Source: Psilocybe cubensis (lineage: Eukaryota). Taken from it: DNA of 64,000 bases. A program made the translations under genes and the position numbers. The stretch lies in contig CM039003.1 of the NCBI GenBank assembly GCA_017499595.2, positions 248,001-312,000 of the forward strand, given 5' to 3'. Below are positions 53,039 to 64,000 of the stretch, one piece after another; positions within the stretch are counted from its first letter, which is position 1; every line of letters begins with the position of its first letter. The notes below the pieces were generated by a model. That model was given only the letters and a program-made list of their open reading frames with translations. It had not been told where the DNA came from and made no database searches.

Positions 53039-54366
53039 ATGTCGGAAATCAAAGGAACCTTGTCATCGTTGGTGATGGTGCTTGCGGAAAGGTATGATCG
53101 GCTTTTGACCAGCTCAGAGAACGTCAGCTTGCATGCTGATCATCGTCACCCGTCTAGACTTGCCTTTTGATTGTGTTATCCAAAGTCATATTCCCAGAGG
53201 TACGTGCATCGTTAGCCGCCGTTCAGCCAGCCGAGGTGTGCGGCTTGCTGCTCCTCATTGCACCGTTATGGCGGTGTTTAGACAGCTCCAGCAAATACCT
53301 GGCGGCTTCGTTCGAGGTGTAGAAGGCTGATATTAGTGTTAAAGTGTAGGTCCATGTACCCATCGTGTTCCGGAACTACGTTGCCAATGTCGAGGTCAAT
53401 GGTAAGCACGTTGAGCTTCAATTGTAAGCACGTCGAGCTTCGATGGTAAGCATGTCGAGCTTCGTCTCCACCCTCTTAGTTATTATAATTCGCATGTCAT
53501 CCTCATCTGCTTTGCCGTCTACCCCTCTTAGTTATTATGATTCGCATGTCGTCCCCACCTGCTTCGCCGTCGACTCCCCGATTCCCTTTATAACATCCAA
53601 TAAAAGGTTTGTCTTGTCTTTTCTTCATTCCCTCTGCCTGTATAATATCAGACACCGCAATTTACTAACATTGTTGTTGTGTGGTTCCTCTCTTTTTAGT
53701 GCCATACCTATGCCTGCCTGCCTCTCATTCTCGTCGTCTGCAAAACAGATCTCAGACCTGACTCCCGTGTGATTGAGGTTCTTAGATAGACGAGCCGTAA
53801 CCCCCGAAGAGGTGCGTTTCTTTTTTCTACGTCACCTTTATTGTTTTTCGTACAACTTTGGTGTGTATGACACGCCCTGGGGCCTGGCCCCTTATCTGAG
53901 TGCCATTTTTGTGCTTCGTTCGAATCACCCACGCATTCTTTTTGATATCCTGTTTATTACCCTTGCCTCATTCCCGCTTCTCTTATCCACATCGTGATCC
54001 CCGTCGCCACCAACATTGACGCCGTATTTCAATCCAATTTTATTTTATTTTTTTTTTCATGCATCATGTTTTATTTATTCCAACTTGGTACTCGCCACCA
54101 ACATTGACGCCGTTTTTCAATACAAATTTCATTATTTTTTCCATGCATCATTCTTTTACACTCTTCCTCTTTTGTTGATTCCAACTTGTCACTAACCGTC
54201 ATGTTTCTAGGGTATGGCAGTCGCCCAGAAGATCGGGGCAAAGCACTACCTCGAGTGCTCCGCCAAGTCGGGTGAGGGCGTCCGCGAAGTCTTCCAGTAC
54301 GCCACCCGCGCCGCACTGCTCAGCAGAGGAAAGGGCAAGAAGAGCCACCATTGCATCGTGTTGTAG
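53039..54366 (+). pseudogene. rho1: Rho1 copy 6, exons 1-4 heavily degenerate, exon 5 intact
   Basis: Exon 1 frameshift. Exon 3 lacks the [12 protein letters not shown]-coding segment and has internal micro-duplications. Exon 4 has deletions. Exon 5 is intact. Confidence 0.95.
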
Positions 54367-57300
54367 ATGGCGTAGCTTATCCCTTTTACCATTTTTTTTT
54401 CTTTCCATCTTCATTCTTCCTTCCTTTCTTCCTTTTTTTGCTTTTTTCTTCCTTGACGACTCTCTTTCACTCTTCTTTCCGAGTTCCTTGCTGGATGGTT
54501 GAATTGAGGGTGGGTGAAGGTGCAGGGAGGAAAATGGGAGGTGGAGCGAGGGAGGGGTGGGGTGAGGTCAGGTAGGGAGGAACTTCAACAAGGATAGGGA
54601 GGGGCTTGAATATCATTTATACTCGCACCTCGCCACCTTCTCTTTCACCTTGTTCCGGTTGGTTGTGGATAATGAACATGTGTTAATGCCGGTGGAATGC
54701 TCTTCGGTTTCTTTTTTTTTTCTCTTACCTAGTCTTTTTCACTTGATACCGCTTCTTTCTTGATTTTGATTGATGATCCACTTTTGACTCTTCTTCTCAA
54801 ATATACTGCTGCTGCTGCACCTCCTGACTGCGACGAGTTGGCTATCTGTTTGTCTCTCCTTGAGCTTCTGTTGCTTTGGCTAAGCCCCTATGGATTCCGA
54901 GCGTGTATTGCAATTTGAACAAAGTTGAAGTCTAATTGTTTTATATACGTTGTGCTGCCAGATATACATCGCTCGCTGTTGTGATGTATTTTACGAGAAG
55001 ATACTAGCTTTATATGGCATTAGATACCTTATTGAGACAACCCTGAGCAAATGAGATAGAAGTTTTTTGAATTTTCGAGTCGTGTTCTGGTATCGTACAA
55101 GCAGAGGTTAGCCCCGCCCGAAGGCCAGCAGGGTCCGCCTCTGCTCTATCTACCTATCTAGTACGTACCTGGTCCGAATAAAGTCGGATAGAACCGCTCG
55201 AGGTGCATCCAGAGTTTTCACAAGTCCGAAAATCGAACAATCGGTTGCGTGAAGTCTACCGAGTAAGTACATACCCGCTCTTGACACCGCCTCAGAACTC
55301 ATTCGGCGTCGCCTACAAGCTGTCACACGACCCTTGAGCAGGTGAGTACTATATAAATGTTAAGTGCCAGTTCATAAAGTCTACCAATCAAAGTACACAC
55401 CTTGTTTGCCGGACGTCCAGAAATCGAAAAAAAGTCCGGGAAAGTCCAGATACATGCTCGACGTCATCTACTAGATGCAGATGGTGAGTACTATATAGAT
55501 ATTAAGTGCGGGTACATACCTTGTTCGCCGGACATCCAGAAATCAAATAAAAACTGTGCAGAAGTCAAATACATGCCCGACGATGTAACCACCTCAACAC
55601 CGCTCGCCGGATGCAATAACAACTGCAAGAGGGTTATGTGAACTTCAACAATCAAAGTGAAAAACTCAGTCAACACACCAGGCAGCCAACCCTCGCTCGC
55701 CGGAACTCCAAAAATCGAAAAAAATGTGCAACGACATTCCACGGCACTGGTAAGCTGTTGTTCATTAATTTGACGCCGCTCGCCGGATGTCCAAAAATCG
55801 AAAATAGTGCGAGGCGTTAACGGGACTTCAAACGTCTGTTGAGAAAAGCTCAGTCAGTACTCGGGTCTGCAAACTATGTAACACACCTTGTTGTGCAACA
55901 ACCCTCGCTCGCCGGAACTCCAAAAAACGAATAAAAAGTGCAAAGGCGGGTACTGTGTAGATGGTAAGCTGTGGCTCAACAAACTCTAGCAAATAAAGCA
56001 CGTACCTCACTCGCCGGACATCCAAAAATCAAAAAATAACTCCGTGGCATGTCCAAACGTCGACTCCGTCTATGGAAGACAACTCAAGCCAACGACTAGA
56101 TGTGACACGTACTGGTTTCATGGCACGGCGGCAGATGAGAGCTGTGTAAAGAGATCAGTGATGGCCCATTAAGTGTACTAGGTAACATACCTTGCTCGCC
56201 GGACGTCGAAAAATCGAATAAAACTTGCGGCTCCATAGGTAGACACTGTCGATAGAATACAGGTTCGCGGGAACTCCAAAAATCGAATAAAAAATGCAGG
56301 AGCATAAGGACGGGATACGTGTTGGGGGTTCCCCAAAACCCACTTCACTTTATATCCTTTTCCCTAATGCTTCTAGTTTATTCAACGTCACGCAATATTT
56401 GCCCGTTGCCCCCGTTTCCAAACTAGAATGTGATGTCCAATATACCTGCAAGCTAAAATTGGCTCATGTAAATTTTCAGTTGCGGTCTCCTATCCCGGTC
56501 TTTTGATTCAACTCCGCTGCTTGTTTTCCCCAATCGCCTGTTCTTTCTCATTATCATAAATCATGCTCTCCCCGTCCTTTGTACATCAAATGCGAAATTT
56601 CAGTCTCGGTCTCCTGTTCCGGCCTTTTCAATCAAGTCCACTGCGTTCTTATTGTCATGAAGCTATGCTTCCCGTCCTTGGTGCATCAAACTCAGGTATG
56701 TATCATTTCCTATGCTTTACAATTCTTGTACCCACCACAATCCAAAAATTTTGACCCCTAGACTCAGTAGCTCGTCACTGCGCAGACTCGCGCATCGCGA
56801 CCCAAGCAGCTAGTGCAAGGCAATCACCATTTAGCTGACGCGATGACCTCATGTCGTTCCAAACTACTGGACCTCAGTCAGATCGGGTATCCGACTCGCA
56901 AAATCTCTCCAGATCGTTGGTTTTCGAAGCTCAAATATTCGATTTTTAGGCTGCATTAACGTATTCAGGGTCGCATTCAGGAACACCTGAGCTGAGTAAT
57001 GAGATTTCAGTAACCGACGACTCACTCAACGCCCACGAAATCCCAAGACAGCAATACGCTTCACATTCGCTTCCACGGGGTAGATTTTGTCACAGTCCCC
57101 TATTTTCTTTGACGACCTATTAATTAATACATTAAATATGTTCACAAAACGCAGACAAGGTTCACACGTAGAGTCAAAGGGTGACAGAACCAACAGGCGG
57201 AGCTCAAATTAGGCGCCCGTGAGTCCGCACTTGCTTCTACCACGACGTCACCTATCCATATCACTCCCACATCCAGTCTGACGTACCGATAACCCCACAC

Positions 57301-60300
57301 AATACCCCCAAAAACGTCGTTCTCGCCCTCTGACTCTCAGGACAACGTTGCCACGTGGCGACTTGAACCAACATTCCCGTCTTCCGATTCATCGACGCAG
57401 GCCAGATTCGCGTACAAGGCACTCGGAAATATCATTCGAATAGGCTGTAAGCTCGAGTTAGGCATGTTTGAAATGAGGTAATGAGAAATTCGACTCACCC
57501 CTCGAGCTAAAAATCGAGATTTACTCGCACCGATCTCTAGATACTTCTACGCAATGTAATTACTCCAACACAGTACAACACCCCAAAACAAACTAGCATA
57601 TCTTTCCAACGTACGCGCAAGAGATAGGTGTGACGAGTCTGCGATTGAATTTTTGTATCTGCGCTGTGTCGGTGAGTTCTCCACAAAGAGCTGTTTTGTA
57701 CACCCAAATGCGCCGCTGAATGAGGTCAAGATGTCAATCCTAGACCTCTGAATCATCCTCAGTCGACTATTAGAAGCTCCCGAAACATGGCTATGAGCGA
57801 CATTGAAATCATTCGGGCACATACGGCACCTCCTTCTCCTCGCACCCCGATACGCCATCCACCTTCCACAATAACGCTGTTTCCAGCCCAACCTTGTTAA
57901 TTAACCGTTCACGTAAGCTTCTAGTACCTTTCGTAACGATATTCAGCGGCGAACTGACCTTTGAATTGCGTTTGCAGCGGCCACGTAGACGTTGTCCCCG
58001 GGAAGCGCCTGGTAAGATCTTGCAATTCTACGCGTTTTCGAGAGGTTTTTGAGGCTAATACTGACTGGAACTGTGTTCTGAATAGGGGTTGGACGGTTTG
58101 CGATGCGAAGAGCAACACAAAACGTTGGGAATGAACAAATACATCACGTTTGCTTCAATGTACACCAAACAGCGAATTTCGTTGTTTTCTTTGAACTACA
58201 CATTTCAAACTGCTCACAGATAGACATCCCAGCACTGCATAGCATCTCTCAATGTCCCTGAAAGCTCCCGCAATCACAGAGTAAGCAATCCAATTCAACG
58301 GAGAATATTCTCCTCGCACCTTCCCTCGACGCGAAATTGCATGTACGTCGTTTTTCCGGCTTCCATTGGTCTCCTGTGAGTCATGTCGTAACGGTTATGT
58401 ACGTGAATATTAGGCTGAAACGGTTGGAATTTTTGTGGAAGACGGAAATGCGGAGTGAATGCAAATATTGCGAATACGAGTGTTAGCGCATCCGGACCAT
58501 GTCTGCGATGCGCGGTAGTTGTATAGCTACCTAGAGTGATATATCTATCTTATCTATCGTGTCTTATTCTGTTTTCATAATGTCTGGCTCGTCGAGTGTA
58601 ATAAAATGAATACCTACAAACACATCACGTCAAATCTAACAAACACAGCAATTCGCACCTCTCTCCAAATTCCCGTCGATTTAAAGTGATGTACACACCT
58701 GAATATACAGTATACCCTGATCCTGCACCGCAGAAATCCGTCAACAAAAGTGCAAATCATTGAATACCAATCGGATAACCAAATCCACGACATGACACAC
58801 CCTCGCCTCCCGCCCAAATTCGCAATTACACACCCATTCGAAACGCTAGAATAAACTGACTGGTCTATTCGGTTCTCGGCTCGGGTCTGGTCCGATCAAG
58901 GGTCCTGTCAGGTATATTGAGAAGGCCTTCGTAGTTTACTGTACGTTGGTATGTGTGCTCCTTCAGTAGATATTGCGAATGGCGTTGTAATTGATGTACG
59001 TACGTTTAATTGAGAGTAGGTGGAGATATTGGTATACCATTACATGCCTGCTTGACTTTGGAAAAGTGTGAGTTGAGACGGGGATGATTGAAACAAAAAG
59101 TGAGCACTCGAGGACTCCTGCAGAACGCGAATGCGTGAAAACAAGCAAAAAACACATTTCATTCACCATAACCATGTTACTACAAACATTAGAATAGTAA
59201 GTACCCCTAAGAATACACTACACCCAACTGTCCAAAGACCCTCGAACTCGATTTTCAAAAATGTATCACTCACCTCACCCGACCTTCCTCTCCTCCCGAT
59301 CTTCCGCACTAACGGGCTGAAAAACACCTCTGGATTGTTACCACTCGCCCCTGAAGCATCCGAAGTCGCCGAAGCCGTAATAATAATACCAAATTTCACA
59401 GAAAAAATTGGCAACTTACGTTTTGTAATTTTGTTGTACGTTGCATGTGGACGTAGTTCTCCTTCAGTAGATATTGCGAATGCCGTTGTAGTTGTTGTAC
59501 GTATGTTGAAATGAGAGAGAGTGGAGATATTGGCATACTGGTACATCCAGTGGTTGACTTTTGAGAGATGTGAGTTGAGATGATGGGTATTTGGAAATGT
59601 TACAGAGAGATATCTTCACCCGAACGTGAATGCTTGAAAAACACATAAAACACATTTCATTGGCAATCCTACTACTCACATTGTGCAGATGGTACATCTA
59701 TAGGTATCCTACGACCCACCCAGCAATACTCGAACTCGATTTTCGAAATGTATGGCTCACCTCACATCACCCTCTCCCAACCTCCTTCTCCTCCCGATCT
59801 TCCGCACTAACGGGCTGAAAAAAACGTCTGGATTCCTACCACTCGTCCCTGAAGCTCCGAGGTCACCGCAGCCGTAATCCCAATACCAAAATATATCGCC
59901 AACTTACGTTCATTCCTTTCGTTTTGCTCGTTCGCCGGGCTTGATCCTCGTCGATTCACGCACAATTGTGCAATTGTACAACCCTAGAAGGATTGCGTGC
60001 GTTATCTGCTATGCATATGGAGCGACTCCTGAGCTTACCTGGCTGGTTACAGACTTTCAGACACCCAGACAACTCGTCGAAGACCCAATGATCCTCTTGA
60101 CCCCGATACGACCCTCCGCTTCCATTTCAAAAACAACGCAATTTCCGCTGCATTCGACGTATCCAGGGTGTTGTAAGCTAGTGTATATTGCCAACGTAAT
60201 GCACTAGAGAGGTTCCGAAATTTTGTTTTCGAGGTTAGTTGCAGTTGGAAGCGAGAGATTGGAGATGGATACGTACGCGTTGTGCAGCAAAGAATGCAAT

Positions 60301-60685
60301 CCGAACCATTCTACGTATGTTCCAGTTTTGTTTTGGGCGACTCCTATTCACATTGAGGTGTGCTTCGATCGAAGGTCAAATGCTCGATAACTGAAAACAC
60401 GATGAAAAGAGAGGGCGAATGCAAACATCTTGTGCACATTCACGCCCGATTCGTGTCTCGCCGATTAGACCCAATAGCGGAGATCCCGACGCCTAGAACA
60501 AACGACAGCCTCAAACCAATATATTGAACGAATCACGTACCCAGATTCAAAAGTAAAAAGCGAGATTCAAAGGGAATCACAACCTATTCCGGATGTCGTC
60601 ACAGGGAGGAAAACACGAAAATAACACACCCGGGCTAGCGCGACGGGTTCCGTGTGGATGTACGTACACGGGCGTGTCGCGCTAG

Positions 60686-62264
60686 TATAAAGGCAGGCGT
60701 GTGTTGGTGTGTTTTTCCTCATCCCCTCTTGGGGTTCTCGGCCTCGTCTCCTCCTCCTCTCCTCAAGGTAAGCGCGATTCTCCTTGAGCGCGTCGGTTGA
60801 ATGTTGAACATTGAACTCGCAGGTTCTGGTGCTGGGGCGCGTCGGGACGAATCCTGCTCGCTGGTGAGTGTTGCCACTGGCTTGTGTGCATTGCTAATGC
60901 TCTTGTTGCACATAGTGTACTCGTTGTGGCGGGTGTTGGTGTCTCCGTAAGTTGGGTTTTCTTTACCTCGACGCGTCGCAGGCTCTGTTGATGTATAATG
61001 ACACAGCGGACCTTGAAGTGGTCAACACGTCATGCGGCGGAGGTGCTGGACTGTGCTGTAGGTAGGCACGTTAACGTCGGTCACTGTGGGGAATGCACTG
61101 ACCGTGTCTTCTAGCAGCTCGCCATCATTGCCGCCCTTGTAAGTGGTAAGCATACCCTCGTAGCTCTTGAATGGCGCAGCTGATCCTGTGTTATTGCAGA
61201 CTGGATGGGCGGTGCTGAGCAAGGTAGGTGTTTTCGCCCACTTGAAGATAGTGTTGATGGACGTGGCAGGTGGCGTGGACGCGAGTCGGGGAGGGCTTGC
61301 AGGTGAGTGTTCCCACAGACTTGTGGTCATTCCTAATGCTTTGACAGCGTGCTCGTTGTTGCGGGTGCTGCCGTCTAGGTCAGTCGGCTTTCCTTTACCT
61401 CGTCGCGTCTGTTGACGTGGGATGAGACAGCGGACCTTGGAGATGCTGAACGTGTCATTCGGCGGAGGGGGACTGTCAGGGTCGCATCTGGATGTGCTGC
61501 AGGCAGGCAAGCAAGTCAATGTTGGTGAGTGTGGGGAATGTGCTGACCGTGTATTTGAGCAGCTCACCGTTGCCGCCTTGTAGACTTGTCGGACGAGCTA
61601 GATGGCGGGGAGCGAGGTAGGTGTCTCCACCTTTTTGAAGGACAATGCTGATATTCGACGTGTCTAGTGGTGTAGACGCGAGTCGGGGCCTGCTCGAGGG
61701 TGAGTGTTTCCCCTCGCTTGTGTGCATTGCTAATGCTTTGACAGTTTGCTCGTCGTTGCGGATGCTGGTGTCTAGGTGTGTCGCGTTTTCTTTACCTCGT
61801 CGCGTCGCAGAGCGTGTTGATGTAGGATGCGACAGCATATGTTGGTGATGCTCGACGCGTCATTCGGCGGAGGTGCTGGACATTTAGGTCAGTGAATGTT
61901 TTCTCTCTGCGTGAGTGTGCTCACCGTGTCCTGTACATGTATATAACCAGTCATTGAGATACTGACTCCCAAGGCGTCGGTGGCGCTGAGCTATGTTGCA
62001 GACAGAGGCGGCGGCGGCGGCGGCGGCGGTATGGATCTGGGAAGGACGTGTGGAATGAGGTGAAGAACGCGGCTCTGAACTGTCGACGGTGTGGATGCGT
62101 CCCGCCGGCGGTGGTGAAAGATGTTGGAGGGACGCGTCAGGCCAACTGCTTGCTGTCGCGGAAAGGCATGGCTGGCGTGATGGACATTGCTGCACCAGTC
62201 GGGATGGTTGTAAAAGTCGGGCATGATTGTGGAGCAGACCGGCGCGGGCAGCCGCGCTGGGGTT
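60686..62264 (+). ncRNA. Third, shorter variant of the intron-dense tract
   Basis: Same TATA and module motifs; lacks the block found at about 20810-21270. Confidence 0.5.
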
Positions 62265-62517
62265 CATGTCTCTCCAATCGAGGTATTTACGCGGAGAGGC
62301 GGTGTGATGCGCCAAGGCGGTGCGCCTGTTTACACGCACAGCGCAGAGGCCGTTCGTAATCCCTGGCATTCAAGTTCCGCTTTAAAACGGTGGTATCATA
62401 CATTCGTTGACGGGGCCGCTTTGCTCACAACCATCCCCCCTGCTCGTCGCCAGCCCCGCTCCCCAGCATCTAATACATCTATTCACGCACGTCGCCGCAC
62501 AACCGCCCCCGAGAACC

Positions 62518-63845
62518 ATGTCGGAAATCAAAGGAACCTTGTCATCGTTGGTGATGGTGCTTGCGGAAAGGTATGATCGGCTTTTGACCAGCTCAGAGAA
62601 CGTCAGCTTGCATGCTGATCATCGTCACCCGTCTAGACTTGCCTTTTGATTGTGTTATCCAAAGTCATATTCCCAGAGGTACGTGCATCGTTAGCCGCCG
62701 TTCAGCCAGCCGAGGTGTGCGGCTTGCTGCTCCTCATTGCACCGTTATGGCGGTGTTTAGACAGCTCCAGCAAATACCTGGCGGCTTCGTTCGAGGTGTA
62801 GAAGGCTGATATTAGTGTTAAAGTGTAGGTCCATGTACCCATCGTGTTCCGGAACTACGTTGCCAATGTCGAGGTCAATGGTAAGCACGTTGAGCTTCAA
62901 TTGTAAGCACGTCGAGCTTCGATGGTAAGCATGTCGAGCTTCGTCTCCACCCTCTTAGTTATTATAATTCGCATGTCATCCTCATCTGCTTTGCCGTCTA
63001 CCCCTCTTAGTTATTATGATTCGCATGTCGTCCCCACCTGCTTCGCCGTCGACTCCCCGATTCCCTTTATAACATCCAATAAAAGGTTTGTCTTGTCTTT
63101 TCTTCATTCCCTCTGCCTGTATAATATCAGACACCGCAATTTACTAACATTGTTGTTGTGTGGTTCCTCTCTTTTTAGTGCCATACCTATGCCTGCCTGC
63201 CTCTCATTCTCGTCGTCTGCAAAACAGATCTCAGACCTGACTCCCGTGTGATTGAGGTTCTTAGATAGACGAGCCGTAACCCCCGAAGAGGTGCGTTTCT
63301 TTTTTCTACGTCACCTTTATTGTTTTTCGTACAACTTTGGTGTGTATGACACGCCCTGGGGCCTGGCCCCTTATCTGAGTGCCATTTTTGTGCTTCGTTC
63401 GAATCACCCACGCATTCTTTTTGATATCCTGTTTATTACCCTTGCCTCATTCCCGCTTCTCTTATCCACATCGTGATCCCCGTCGCCACCAACATTGACG
63501 CCGTATTTCAATCCAATTTTATTTTATTTTTTTTTTCATGCATCATGTTTTATTTATTCCAACTTGGTACTCGCCACCAACATTGACGCCGTTTTTCAAT
63601 ACAAATTTCATTATTTTTTCCATGCATCATTCTTTTACACTCTTCCTCTTTTGTTGATTCCAACTTGTCACTAACCGTCATGTTTCTAGGGTATGGCAGT
63701 CGCCCAGAAGATCGGGGCAAAGCACTACCTCGAGTGCTCCGCCAAGTCGGGTGAGGGCGTCCGCGAAGTCTTCCAGTACGCCACCCGCGCCGCACTGCTC
63801 AGCAGAGGAAAGGGCAAGAAGAGCCACCATTGCATCGTGTTGTAG
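62518..63845 (+). pseudogene. rho1: Rho1 copy 7 (same as copy 6)
   Basis: Offset 9479 from copy 6, with the same lesions. Confidence 0.95.
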
Positions 63846-64000
63846 ATGGCGTAGCTTATCCCTTTTACCATTTTTTTTTCTTTCCATCTTCATTCTTCCT
63901 TCCTTTCTTCCTTTTTTTGCTTTTTTCTTCCTTGACGACTCTCTTTCACTCTTCTTTCCGAGTTCCTTGCTGGATGGTTGAATTGAGGGTGGGTGAAGGT

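Larger units (their letters stand above)
11697..64000 (+). repeat. Head-to-tail tandem array (macrosatellite) of a ~9.5-11 kb Rho1-containing unit; 5 full units plus 1 partial after the gap
   Basis: Rho1 ATGs recur at 11982, 21798, 31615, 42026, 53039 and 62518 (spacings 9816, 9817, 10411, 11013, 9479). The ORF track repeats with the same offsets. Confidence 0.98.

Noticed and set aside
52744-53097. Upstream in-frame ATG ORF ending in [11 protein letters not shown] as an N-terminally extended functional Rho1
   Set aside because: Open only in copies 6-7, whose exons 3-4 are destroyed; in copies 3-5 the same frame has an upstream TAA and no ATG.
11697-64000. rDNA tandem array (similar ~9-10 kb period)
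   Set aside because: No recognisable 18S, 5.8S, 25S or 5S conserved sequence in the unit.
1-64000. LTR retrotransposon or autonomous Helitron as the repeat unit
   Set aside because: No gag/pol, RT, integrase or RepHel motifs; no LTR, PBS or TSD structure around the units.

Overview
Eukaryotic, intron-rich fungal DNA (short GT-AG introns with CTRAY branch sites, Agaricomycete-like). Almost the whole window is a head-to-tail macrosatellite with a period of about 9.5-11 kb. Each unit carries a copy of the 5-exon Rho1 GTPase gene, giving seven copies. Only the copy at 11982-13377 is intact (194 aa, CAAX = CIVL), and it alone has unique upstream DNA, so it looks like the ancestral locus at the array edge. 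The other six share a 1-nt deletion at codon 5 and are polar chimeras: degenerate 5' part, intact 3' part. Where a unit precedes a disabled copy, that copy lies behind a palindrome + TATA element and about 2 kb of tandem ~400-bp modules made of short introns and micro-exons with no convincing ORF. A divergent minus-strand intron-bearing tract runs the other way. The window also holds a 100-N scaffold gap, an intron-containing pogo/Fot1-type transposase, a hAT-like terminus, a 592-bp TA-inserted MITE in one unit only, and a structured Rho1 intron with box C/D-like motifs. Most ORFs in the supplied track are spurious or antisense shadows. All alignments were done by eye.
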